From Eledone cirrhosa (Eukaryota), in contig OZ024753.1 in NCBI GenBank assembly GCA_964016885.1, positions 42,160,001-42,224,000 of the forward strand: DNA of 64,000 bases, read 5' to 3'. The notes beneath the pieces are model-generated. The model saw nothing but the letters and a program-made list of their open reading frames with translations, had not been told where the DNA came from and searched no databases. The position numbers were made by a program, and so were the translations under genes. This document shows positions 24,063 to 38,141 of the stretch, piece after piece (positions within the stretch are counted from its first letter, which is position 1; each line of letters begins with the position of its first letter).

Positions 24063-25753
24063 CATCATCATCATTTTACGTCCGCTTTTCCCTGCTTGCA
24101 AGGGTGGGACAGGTCTTATTCAGCACAGCATCTCTCCACTCGTCACGGTCCTCCGTGAACTTCAATGATCTTTGGTCTGTTCTCACCACCTCCGCCCATG
24201 TTTTACGTGGTCTACCTCTACGTCTTCCTATCTCAAGGTACAGCTTGATGTCGTCTGCGTACTTTAGTACTGTGGCATTCCTTAAGTTGGCATCTATGTC
24301 ATTAATATATGCCACAAACAAAAGGGGGCCAAGAACAGATCCCTGAGGTACACCAGATGACATCTCACATGGTGAGGAATGCTGTCCCAGAACCGTGACT
24401 ACCTCTCTTCGACTGAGAATGAAGGACTTCAACCAGTTAAAAAGATCATCCTTCACACCCATTGCAGAGAGTTTTGCCATAAGCCTTTTGTGTGGCACAG
24501 AATTGAAGGCCTTCGCAAAGTCAAGGTAAACAACATCCACCCATGAGCCGCCATCAGTGATCCGGGTGATGTCCTCAAGAAACTAATTTCATTATTATTA
24601 TCATTTAACTGGCATTTCCTGGCACTTCTTCACCCGTCGGTCATCCTCCATGCGCATCACATGTCCATACCACCTCAGTCTCCTCTCCCGTACACTACAT
24701 TCTATCCCTCTCAGACAGTTTCTCTCTCAACACATTTATGCTGGGTTGTTCACGCACATCCAACGGAGCATGCTTGCCTCATTTCTCTCCAGCCGTCGCA
24801 TATCCTCTGCAGTTGCTGCCCATGTCTCACTACCATGCAGCAACGCGCTCCTCACACAGGCATCATACAACTGGCCTTTTGTACGCAGGGAGAAACCCTT
24901 CTTCGTCAACAGAGGAAGCAGCTCCCTAAACTTCTTCCAACCCGTCCTTATTCTAGATACTATGGCCTCGGAACACCCTCCTCCCATGCTAATCTGATCT
25001 CCTAGGTACCGGAAGCTATCCACCACTTCTATAGCGCCCTCCTGCATTTGAAAAATGTGTCTATCAATGCGACTTCTACTGTCTAATTTCCCTGTACATC
25101 TACTGCATACGTATTTCTCCCTACCTGTTAGTTTTCCTGCTATCCCGCTACATCCCTTGTGTACCCAGGATCTGCATTGTGTGCATTTTATAGAATTTAT
25201 GCCAGTTCCCTTTCTGCATATCGAACATGGCCATTTCCCTGACGGAATCAGAGTTTTGTCCTCTTTTCTACTCATCAACACTTTTGTCTTAGCTAGGTTC
25301 ACTCTCAGTCCTCTTGCTTCCAACTGCTGTTTCCATAGCCAGAATTTATTCTCTAGCTCCTCTACTGATTCTGCTATAAGAACCAGATCGTCGGCATAGA
25401 GAAGTTCCCATGGACAGCCAGTCTTAAACTCCTCTGTTATGGCTTGGAGGACTATAATGAACAAGAGCGGGCTGAGGACCGAACCTTGATGTACTCCTAC
25501 TTGTATCTGGAATTCCTCACTAAACTCCATTCCTACCCTGACTTTACTGAGAGTACCTCTGTACAAAGTTTGCACTGTCCTCACAAGCCATTCCTCAACA
25601 CCTAGCTTCCTTAGGGACCACCAGATGACAGATCGGAGTACCCTATCAAAGGCCTTCTCTAGGTTAACAAAGGCTAAGTATAGTGGCTTATTTTTCTCTA
25701 AGAACCTCTCTTGCAATTGTCTCACCAAGAGGGCATCTGTTGTACTCTTCCCA
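24063..25753 (-). mobile_element. 5'-truncated RTE-clade LINE, interrupted by a CR1 fragment
   Basis: ORF 24736-25753 has AFV(N)LEKAFD, GVHQGSVLSP, LYADD, a Cys-rich insert and LLHGSETW. The C-terminal GRPRKTW and a (ATG)n tail lie at 24063-24228. Confidence 0.92.
24229..24582 (-). mobile_element. CR1-clade LINE RT fragment
   Basis: DVVYLDFAKAF, SGVPQGSVLGPLLFVAYIND and KYADDIKL. Confidence 0.9.
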
Positions 25754-26080
25754 ATATATATATATATATTGGGAAGAGTACAACAGATGCCCTCTTCTTG
25801 GTGAGACAATTGGCTGAGTGGTTAGAGAATTGGATTCGCAATCGTAAGGTTGTGAGTTCGATTCCTGGACCAGGCGATGCGTTATGTCCTTGAGCAAGAC
25901 ACTTTATTTCACGTTGCTCCTTCTACCTGGAGTTGCGACCGATAGATAGTATTAGCAACTGGAAAGACCAACGGAAACATTGTTCCCTACGTCCGATTTG
26001 ACGAAAGTCGATCGTTCCTTTATATATATATATATATGTATATATACATGTATATATATGTATATATATATATATATGTG

Positions 26081-26116
<36 letters not shown>

Positions 26117-26442
26117 AATATATATATGTGTATATGTGTATATATATATGTGTATATGTGTATATATATATGTGTATATATGTATATATACATATATATA
26201 TATGTGTATATATACATATATATGTATATATACATATATATATGTATGTATATATATATATATATATATATACAGTAAAGTGGTGGTGGTGCCATGATAA
26301 AATGCACCCAGTCCACGCCGTCGGGTGGGTGGGATGGTACCAATAGAAACCAAACCCAGTAGAAGCTGTGCAGTGGTTGACCTGAGGAAGGGCATCCAGC
26401 CCTAGAAACTCTACCAATATAAAACAGATGGGAAACATGGTT

Positions 26443-27162
26443 ACCGTGAACGTGACCTGGGCATTATGGTCAGCAGCAATTTGCGTTGGACGAAGCACGT
26501 CTCTAAAATTGTCAAGAGGGCCGAGGGTGTCTTAGCATCACTCAGCAAGACCTTTGTCAGCCACTCTCCAGATATCTATTTAAGGCTGTACATGGCTATG
26601 GTGCGACCACACTTAGAATTTGCATCATCAGTCTGGAGCCCCTATCTTGCTCAGAACATTGACTGCCTGGAAACTGTTCAGAGACGTGCAACCAAGCGAA
26701 TACCCTCCATCAGGCATCTACCATACTCTGAGCGCCTTGCTTCCCTGGGCATGGATACACTGAAGCTCCGACGCCTGGCAACTGACTTGGTAAACACCCA
26801 CAAAATGATTAACCATCTTGCCAACAACAACCCTGAGTACCTTTTTGATTTCCATGTGTCTAACACACGTGGGCATGCCCACAAAGTCAGAAAACAGCAC
26901 AGCTCCCATGACTTTCGGAAACATTTTTTCACGCTCAGAGTTGCTGAAGCATGGAACAAACTACCTGCATCAGTTGTTAGCTGTCGAGACACTGCATCCT
27001 TTAAGGCCTCCATGCTTCCCGAGATCCGCCAACACTACAGCTAACACATACACACATGTACTTCCCTGACATTTGTGTATTATTCTATGTACTATACATA
27101 CACCTTTGACGAGTTGTAGTGCACCTGAGCACTTTACACAATAATTTCATTATTATTATTAT
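26443..27162 (+). mobile_element. CR1-clade LINE 3' end
   Basis: ERDLGIMV...LYMAMVRPHLEF...QRRATK...TRGH...FFTLRV...WNKLP, then 3' UTR and (ATT)n tail. The same tail recurs near 1060, 17220, 29580, 29705 and 58130 (minus). Confidence 0.92.
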
Positions 27163-27782
27163 GAAACTTGTTTGTCTAACATCAGAGGTGACAACTTGTC
27201 TAACTCATGTAAACATGGGAAATACATAACATGATGATGATATATATATATATATATACATTTATATACACGCATACATATTGATATATACATACACATT
27301 GATATATATACATACACTTTGATATACATTCATACACTTTAATATATGTATACACTTTAATATATGTATACACTTTAATATATGTATACACATTGATATA
27401 TACATACACTTTTATATACACACATACACTTTGATATACATACACACACACTTTGATATACATACACACACATAGATATACATTTACATACACACACATA
27501 CATTATATACACACATTTATATTACACACATACACAGATTGATACAAAGAAATCATGAATCATCAATACTTTTGTAGAAACTAAATATTGACATACATCA
27601 ATAGAGAGGGGGAGAGAGAAAGTGATAGATAGATAGATAGGGAGAGAGAGAGAGAGAGAGACAGAGATAGATAGATAGATAGCTAGGGAGAAAGATAGCT
27701 ATATATATATCATCATCATCATCATCGTTTAACGTCCATGTTCCACGCTTGCATGGGTTTGGACGGTAATATATATATATAT

Positions 27783-27825
<43 letters not shown>

Positions 27826-28012
27826 TGGACAGAGATAATAAAAGTAGAGAGGGAGACCAAGAGAGAGGGAGAGAAAGATAGGTAGATAGATATAGAGCTA
27901 GGGAGAGGGAGAAAGATAGTTATATATATATCATCATCCTAGAGAGAGAGAGAGAGAGAGAGAAAGATAGGTAGATAGATAGATAGAGAGCTAGGTAGAT
28001 AGATAGAGAGCT

Positions 28013-28052
<40 letters not shown>

Positions 28053-28125
28053 GATAAAAGTAGAGAGAGGGAGAGAAAGATAGGTAGATAGATAGATAGA
28101 GAGCTAGGTAGATAGATAGAGAGCT

Positions 28126-28170
<45 letters not shown>

Positions 28171-31100
28171 GGATATGGTGGCTTTTATTTAAAAATAATA
28201 GAATGGTTTGCTTGAAGTGAAGTAGAATATTTAAGAATTAGAAAACATGGCTTTGTTAAATTGAAGAGATAAAGGAAATGGAGAGGAAATAGATTGGTTG
28301 AAATATTTTACTGGGAATAAACAAAGAATAATAGTGTGTGTGTGTGTGTAGTTGTGTGCGTCTCTGTGTAGCAGTGTGTAGTAGTATGTGTATATATAGT
28401 GGCGTGTGTGTATATGTTTGAGTGTATGTAGGTGGTTGTGTGTGTGTGTGTGTGTGTGCGTCTCTGTGTAGCAGTGTGTAGTAGTATGTGTATATATAGT
28501 GGCGTGTGTGTATATGTTTGAGTGTGTGTAGGTGTGTGTGTGTGTGTGTGTGTGTGTGCTATGGTGTGAAGTCACGTGGCTTAGTGGTGAGGGCATTCGG
28601 CTCACAATCATAAGATCACAAGTTTGATTCCTAGAGATACATTGTGACGTTGAGCAAGACACTTTATTTCACACTGCTCCAGTCACAAACTATGTCATGC
28701 TGAATCAGATAGAATGCTTTGTGGTATTTGTTCTGACTCTCTGAGTTCAAATCCCGCCGAGGTCAACTTTGCCTTTCATCCGTTAATAGTCGCTAAAAAA
28801 AAAGTACCAGTCATGTACTGGGGTCAATTCTTCCTCTATATCTCTTTCCCATTCCCCCCCCCCCCCCGTCTCACTTTCTATTTTTCTCTGGAAGAAATCT
28901 ACTGTACTCAGGCCTGGGCTCCGTCAGGTTTTAAATGCCCAAGATACGTTGTATGCCACTATGCCGCTACAGTACCACTATGACTATCAGAAATAACAGG
29001 ACCATACATACAATATTTCATGGGAAGAATAGTGACACAAGACCAGATTGCAACATTAAAGTTTAAGTGCTTTCCCACATGAAACCGCATGAGTAAGACA
29101 TCCTTGAAAAGTACAAAACAAGCACTGTACTTCATCACATTAACCCTTTACCATTTATATTACTCTATATTTACTACTGTATTTTCCCACTAAAGGCTTT
29201 ATCTCGCATAATATTTCACATAATATCAAAGCTATGAGATTTTGATGTTATTTATTTTGAGAAAAGTTCCTTAACATCAGTATGGGGGGCTGGTTACAGC
29301 CGGTTTGAACAGAAAGAGGTGAGAGAATTCTAGCTGGATATGGCCGGTATAAATGTTAAAGAATTAAATACATATTTGAATTATCAAACCCATTTTTAGA
29401 TATTTTCTGCTAAATCATTACATCCTTTAAGACACTCATGCTTCCCGAAATACGCCAAAACTACACCTGATGTACCCCTTCCATACACATGCACACATGT
29501 GTGTATCATGACTCGTGCACTGTTCATTTTACTGATGTTTGTGCATTGCCCTATGTACTGTACATGCACTTTTTTTAATGAGTTGTGGGGCACCTGGGCA
29601 CTGTACACAATATTTCATTAATGTTATTGTTATTATATCATGACTCATACACTGTTCATTTTCCTGACATTTGTACATTATTCTATGTACTATACATGCA
29701 CCTTTGATGAGTTGTAGTGCACCTGAGCACTGTACACAATAATTTCATTATTATTATTATAAGATAACAGTTAACATCTGTTTTTTTTTTCCTGTTAGTA
29801 CGAACTGAAGGAGTTGTCACAAACTAAGTACTTCATCACAGAAACTGACCTCTCAGATGATCCAGGATGCTGCACCTGGTTGACATATGTACTAACACTT
29901 TACAGAGTCAGTACTTAACCTCTTTGATACCAAACTATTTTAAAGTGTTCAGGAATCACCAGGAATTGAACGCAAGATGTTATATGTGTCACTGGGAATC
30001 AAAGTATATTGGAACAACGTAAAATGAAGTGTTTTGCTCAAGATGACAACACACAACACAGTCCAGGAATCACCAGGAATTGAACCCAAGATGTTATGTG
30101 TGTCACTGGGAATCAAATAAACAACCTTACAATCATCAACTTAACACCCTAACCATTAAGCTACCATCATAATACCTTGGTAGAAACCCAGATCATTCCA
30201 AGGTGAAACAGAAAATGTCATACTAACTAAAGGCTAATACCAAAAAGACTGTACCGCTCTATAAACTGTCTTCACTGAAGCATGTTTTAAGATATCAGTA
30301 AAAGTTATAAATTTCTAAAGGTGTGTGACATAAAAATTAATATCTATTGAAAGCTTGTACTGAATAAAAACTGTTTTGACAACAGAGAAAATATAGAGTT
30401 AATAGACTGAATAATGTAGTCTACTACTTCTGTTGCTATTACTACTACTGTTGCTGCTGCAACTACTATTACTGCTGCTGTTACAACTACTATTGCTGCT
30501 GCTACCATTACCACTACTACTAACAACGTATTTTAAGGCCGTTTTACTCAGCTAAAGTAGAGCTTAGCCTTGCAGGCCCAAAAGCAAGCTATATACACAC
30601 CATAAGGTCTTTTTTGAGGCAATGTTTTAGAGTCTGATGCCTTTCATAGCACCAACCCTTTCAGTCACTTATGACACAGGGATATCATGTACATATTCTA
30701 AACCAGATACACACAGAACTGACTGAATGTATATCACAGAAAATTATTTTCTAACTCATTAAACCAACCATTAAGTATTTCGTTATTATATTTCTAATAA
30801 AAGACACTATGTCATTAACCCTTTCATTACCATATTTCTAATGAAAGACACTGTCTATGTCATTAACCCTTTCATTACCATATTTCTAATGAAAGACATT
30901 GTCTACATCTTTAACTCTTTAGTGTTTAAACCGGCCATATCCGGCAAGAATTCTCTCACCTTCTGTTCAAACTGGTTGTAACTGACAGCTCATACTGATG
31001 TTAAGGTATTGTTCTCAAAGTAAATAATATCAAAATCTAGTAGATTTGATATTATGTGAGATAATTATATAAAAAATAATGCCTTTTCTGTGAAAATTCA

Positions 31101-34055
31101 ATAGTAAATATAGAGTAATATGAATGCTAAAGGGTTAACCCTTTCATTACCATACTTCTCATGAAAGACGCTTCATGAGTTTGAAATAATTTTGAGAATA
31201 ATTAAGAATTTGGAGGGATTTAATAAATGTTTCTACTTTAGGCACAAGCCCAGCAATTTTAGAGGCAGAGAAAGTCAATTAAATTGACCCCAGTACTAAG
31301 TTGGTGTCTTATTTCATCAACCCCCCTATGAAAAGCAAAGTTAATAATACAACTACCTTTCTCATTATTTAGCTGGTACTTAGAACATAACTTAACAAAG
31401 GTTCTTACATAAACTCATGAATGAAGGTCTTTACATAACACTTTAAAATATACAGCTTTGAACCAAGAGTGAATTTGTATCAACAGGGATGTGACACTGA
31501 ACCTAGTGTCTACATTATGTTGATCACTAGCATTAACACACACACATTGGTCGTCAACAGTAACATACACACACATACGTGCATTGGTCACTAGCAGTAA
31601 CATATATATACACACACATGTTGGTCACACACTGGTCAAGTATAAACTCGAAATTAAGAGAAATATAGAACATACATTAATATAAACAAGCATACTTATA
31701 AACATACATACACACACACACTTACATATATATGCTATTTCTTTTATTTATATATATATATATATATATCAAAGGTATATATTGAGTTAGAAACTCAAAA
31801 TAGTCTCTTGCAATTAAATAGCTCAAATAAAGAAGTTTTTCTGAGCCGTGTAATATAATTGAATATAAAAGAGAGATAAACACAGATATAAACACGTGTT
31901 CAAATCGTAAGGGACCAGATTCGCTAGGGTGAAAAAAATACTAACTATTAACAATAGGGTTTGCCAGACTCAATTTAAAATAATAAATCAAGCAAATCCT
32001 ATTGTTAATAGTTAGTATTTTTTTCACCCTAGCAAATCTGGTCCCTTACGATTTGAACACATGTGTTTATATCTCTTTTATATTCAATTATATATATATA
32101 TATATACACATACACACATATTTTCATCCAGAACCAAGGGAAGAAAACTGGTTTATTCTATTTACGTAAACAATTAAATATTCAAATCTGTGGAAGCAAT
32201 GAAACTCTGCTCAGAAAATTTTTTTAAAATGTAATCTGTAGAACATATATATAGAATTATTCAATTAATATTTCAGCCGAATCCAAACATTTTGCAATCT
32301 ATCTATATAACTGTCAACCTGAGAACGGAGTTAAGAAGTTAGGTTTATTAAACATGGAAGGTCAGTATAAAACACAGTTACCTCCCATGAACCATAAAAA
32401 CCGATCAGGAAAAAAATATTTTTTTTGAATGTCAAACATTTTCAACTTGGACCAACTGAAAGAAAATAATTTCTACAATACCTTTTAATTTTCAAATTTT
32501 TTCTGGTCTTGATTTTTGATTATCAAAAATACAATAAAAATCATTTAATTTGGTCCCACATTAAAAATTGGGTTTTGTACAGGAAATAGGGTGTGTGGTC
32601 TAATGGGCGTTGGACTCACAATCAAGGTTTATTTTTCAACATAGTCCCTGGAAAGAAAAATGCAGTTATTAATAAGAAAAGTTGAAATTAATGCATGCAA
32701 GATTTCACAGCCCTAACATCACTCCTTCATAGTCAGCCTATGAACTTTGCACCCAGCCCTCGTGTTAAACAGTTTGTTTTAAAGTGTTTTTATTTATCAA
32801 AAATAACCTTCCACATAATTTAACATAAGAACCTTTGTTAAGCTATGTTCCAAATATCAGCTTAATAAGAAGAAAATTTGTTACATTAGTGTTAAATCCA
32901 TTCAAATTCTTCACAATTTAAAAATTTATTTGATAATCATAGGCAGTGTCTTTCTAAAGAATTATGGTAATGAAAAGGTTTAACTATTTTACTACTAACC
33001 CGACCAAAACCAGCTTTGATTCTATTAAACAAAAACAACCATTTTAAAGGGTTCCTATTTTAACTTAAATCTTTCAGCATCATTTTATACAAGAATCATA
33101 TATTAAGTTAATATTTTAGTAATGAAATAATAAATAATTTTAGCAAATCCCTCAAAATTCTTCATTAATTGAAATATAGTGTGTTTCATTAAAAATATAG
33201 TGTAGATAATTAGAAATATGATCATAAAAAGGTTTAAATATAGTTCCCAAAACATTCAGGTAAAACAGTGCTGTATATTTAACATATTATAACAATGAAA
33301 TAATCAATATAGATTTGTATAAGCTTAAATAAAATTGATACAGATATCTTTGGTAATACTTTATTTATAAAAAAAAATGGGAAAAAAAAGGAAAAAATTT
33401 AATTTTAATTTTTTTGGTATTTTTTTTTCTTTTTCTTCTTTTATTTTTTTGGTAGTGTCAAGCTGCCATCAGATCAAATGCTATTGATGTTGGTCAAGAA
33501 AACATTTTCATTTGTTTGTCTGTCTGTCTGGTAAGGGCAGTTATGATTACAGTTGTGGTCATTTGTAGCAAGACATATATCGCCAGTGGAAGTGGACAAT
33601 TAAGCAAGCAATACAATCTACATTTCACTGCTAGCCACAGTTTAGCATCAAGCTTATTTACCAGACCCAAATGATGGACAGAGGTAGGGTATCTCTCTCT
33701 CTCGCTTCTTTTATTTTTTTTTTTTTTGGCCTTTTTTTTGTGTATTTTATTTTGTTTTTTATTTTTTTCAATTATTTCTTTTTTTACCATTTATTATTAT
33801 TATTTTTTTTTTTCTTTCAGTCATCACAATAATCAGCAATTCTCTTCCCGTGTGTCTTCATTGAAGAGACAAGAGACAAGCCATATGTGCCCTGACAAAA
33901 GTTTGCAGTGAGTAGTGAGCAGCTTCACATTCATTAAGATATGATGATGTCTCACAAATAGACAACGATAATTGTCTCAAGTCATTTTTATTTCAAGAGT
34001 TCATTACACATGGCTGGAGGTATTTGTTTTCTACCCCACAGCCACGCAGCCGCCA

Positions 34056-34352
<297 letters not shown>

Positions 34353-35585
34353 TTACAACTTCAGAATTAATTGCCCCCATAAATTTTAGGGACAAACCCA
34401 ACCGGCAGGAGACCCAGGAGTAGACCCCACCGAGCAAGATGGTTGGATAGCATCCATGAGGTTGGCTCGCCTGACTTGGGAATCCAGCCAGATCAATTGG
34501 AGACAGTTGCTTCTGACAGGACCCACTTAAAAGAGTGTTTACGGACCCTGTCATCACAACCTTCCCAAAAATAAGTGGGCAAAGAGGAAAAAGAAGGATG
34601 AAAAGGTAACAACTGTCCTGTGTTTAGATTTGTTACTTCAAATACTCAGGATTTTACCATTTATATTAAAGAAAAAAAGGAGCAATCACAACCCTGGCAA
34701 AAGGAGACAGGATTAAACACAGAATACACAAAGCCAGACCAGATACTGAAAGGTATCCTGCCCAACCTTTTAATAATTCACAACCCCTGGACTAGTAAAA
34801 TTGACAGCACACACCTTTGTAGGGTTACCTGGTTTCCTACAAGATCATGTCTCACATGAAGATTTTCAGGTATTTTAATGATAGGGGGCTCAGTCTTATG
34901 TTATTATTATTACAGTTCACACCTACGTTGGTTTAGCTGCTCTCCTACAAGATCGTATCTCACATGAGGTTAATAAGGTATTTTAATGATAGAGGCTTCA
35001 GTCCTCTGATGTTGTTACAGCTCACACCTGTGTAGGTTTACCTGGTCTCCTACAAGATTGTATCTTAATGGAGGCTTCTTCAAGTGTTTTAATGAGGTGC
35101 CTCAGTCTTATCACGAAAAACATGGCACCTTACTCAAGAACACGACACACAGTAACTCCTGATGGTGTCGTGGGGGTGCCATATTGACATACAGAGTTTC
35201 TTGGGGCATTTTAAAACTTGGCGGACCCCATCTCTTCTCCAAGCCTGAATACAGGAGATTTCTCCCAGAGAAGGATAGAGAGAGTGACAGAGTGAGAAAG
35301 AGATATAGAGGAAGAATCGACCCCAGTATTAGAATGGTACTTTTTTTTATCAAAACCTTGAATGAATGAAAGGTAAAGTTGACTGTGGCAGGATTTGAAC
35401 TCAGAGAACAGAGGGCCAAAACAAATGCTGCAAAAATTCTATCTGGTGCTTTAACAACTCAACGAATTCACAGCTTCTATTACAGTTGACCACTGTGGGA
35501 TTTGAACCCAGTGAGCGGAGAGCTTAAAAAAATACCACAAAGCACTCTATCAACCATTCTAACAACTCAGCCAATTTGCTTCCTA

Positions 35586-35798
<213 letters not shown>

Positions 35799-36224
35799 TC
35801 AACACAATTCTTTAGCCTGTGTATATTTATTATTTATGTAGTTAAGCAATTTAAACGTCCGTATAGAGCTAGTAAGCTATGACAAACTAGGAAAAGTATC
35901 TAGTACTTCTTACAGTTGAGAAACAAAAAACACGATACACAGAGATAAGTTCTTCTTCGACCACTTATTCCTGAGAGGGTAGGGACAGGGCCCTGTCAGA
36001 AGCAACTATCTCCAACTGATCCAGCTGGATCCCCAAGTGTGACCATGGATGTTATCCAACCGTCTTATTTAGGTCTACCCCTGGGTCTCCCATCAGTTTT
36101 GCCTGCAAAATCTGTCCAGCGATTCTTTCCAATTAATTTTGAAAACAACAACAAAATAACCAAGTTTTAAGGAAGTCAGGACCAGGTGTGCAGATATTTT
36201 GTTGATGTCCAAAACCTCAATGTA

Positions 36225-36860
36225 CCAGCTGGCCCAGGAATTGAACTCAAGCTGCTACAATATCCTAACAACTAGGCCATAATGTGCTGCCTAGGCCTGG
36301 AATTGAATCCAAGCTATTACAATATCCTAACCACTAGATCACAATTCACCACATGGCCCAGGAATCGAACTGAAGCTGTTATAATATTCTAACCACTGGG
36401 CCACAATGTACTGCCTGGCCTAGGAATTAAACTGAAGCTGTTATCATAACCCCTGGGCCACAATGTACTGCCTGGCCTAGGAATTGATCCGAAGCTGTTA
36501 TCATAACCACTGGGCCACAATGTACTGCCTGGCCTAGGAATTGAACCCAAGCTGTTATCATAACCACTGAGCCACAATGTACTGCCTGGCCTAGGAATTG
36601 AACTGAAGCTGTTATCATAACCACTGGGCCACAATGTGCTGTCTGGCCTAGGAATTGAACCGAAGCTGTTATCCTAACCACTGGGCCACAATGTACTGCC
36701 TGGCCTAGGAATTGAACCGAAGCTGTTATCATAACCACTAGGTCACAATGTGCTGTCTGGCCTAGGAATTGAACTGAAGCTGTTATCCAAACCACTAAGC
36801 CACAATGTACTGCCTGACCCAGGAATTGAGCTCAAGCTATTATCCTAACCACTAGACCAC
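36225..36860 (-). repeat. 57-bp minisatellite derived from a tRNA-SINE head
   Basis: The minus-strand unit contains TGGCCCAGTGGTTA (A-box) and GTTCAATTCC (B-box); it lies in UBE2E intron sequence. Confidence 0.88.
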
Positions 36861-37774
36861 ACACCTTCACACTATAAATCTGAAAACAAAACATTGTAAA
36901 TATTTCAAAAGTATGTAATATTATTATTATTGAGCACTCCTATCATTAACCATCCACTTAGTTTCTATTTATTTCTTGTTTATATCAGTATATCAAAACA
37001 TGGTGCCTTCAGTCATTTAAATATTTTTAGCAAGCTATTTCAACACCACCTCTTCTACGAAATACAGAGGACGTTAAAAGAGATGAATGTTTATGAACTT
37101 ATGTCAAATTGAAACAAACCAACTTTTTATTTAACAAATGTAACATGAAATGAGAGAAAAAATAAAAAAAAAGAAATGTAATTTACAGCTTACACCTATG
37201 TAGGTTTTGCTGAACTTATATGAGGTTTCTTGGTTGTTTTAATGATAGGGGACCCAGTCATATCATGTTGCTGTTACAGCTCACACCTATGTAGGTTTAG
37301 TTGGCCTCAAATGAGGTTGTCTCTCATAGGAGGTTTCTTGGATGTATTAATAATAACAGGAGCTCCAGTCCTATTCTGTTGTTATTGTTACAGCTCACAT
37401 GTTTAGCTGGCCTCCCACAATGCTATGTCTCATGAGATTTCTTGGTTGTTTTAATGATAAGATCTTTAGTCCTATCATGCTGTTGCTGTTGTTTTTACAG
37501 CTCACACCAATGTAGATATAGCTGGTCTCTTACCTGGTTGAATCTCATATAATTGTGTATCCAACGCTAACATGGGTTAGACTGGTTGTCTCATTATGAG
37601 ACAAATCAGGTCCAGAGACCACATCATGCTAATATGGATCGGTATTTTGGCTTGGTTTCTACAGTCAAATGCCTTTCCTAACACCAACCATGTTCACATA
37701 TATTTTAAAATAATTCAATAATCTAAATATATTTATATAATATAATGGCCAGGGAAAGTGTTAATTCATCTTAC

Positions 37775-37825
37775 CTGCAATTTGGTGGTGGATCAAGTGT
37801 TATTTCAGCCAACTCCTTTTGAATG
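37775..37825 (-). CDS. UBE2E: UBE2E coding exon 2
   Basis: ttttcacag|C ATT CAA AAG GAG... encodes (R)IQKELAEITLDPPPNC(S); 51 nt; AG|GTAAGA donor; phases match both neighbours. Missed by the ORF track. Confidence 0.95.
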
Positions 37826-38141
37826 CTGTGAAAAAAAATGGAGTTTGGATTTCATAACCAACAAAAAAATTAAATGGAGTGAAATTTATAGTTCTCACAG
37901 TTTTACCTGGTCTCCTATGAGGTTGTATCTCATAGGAGGTTTCTCAGGTGTTTTAATGATAGGGGCCACAGTTCTATCGTGTTATTGTTGTTACAGCTCG
38001 CACCTATATAGGTTTAGCTGGCCTTGCATGAGGTTATATCACATAGGAGGCTTCTCAGGTGTTTTAATGTATGTCTGTATGTATGCACGTGAACATGGTA
38101 AAACTAGGAGAATTAGAGAGGAAGATAGACAGATAGATATG

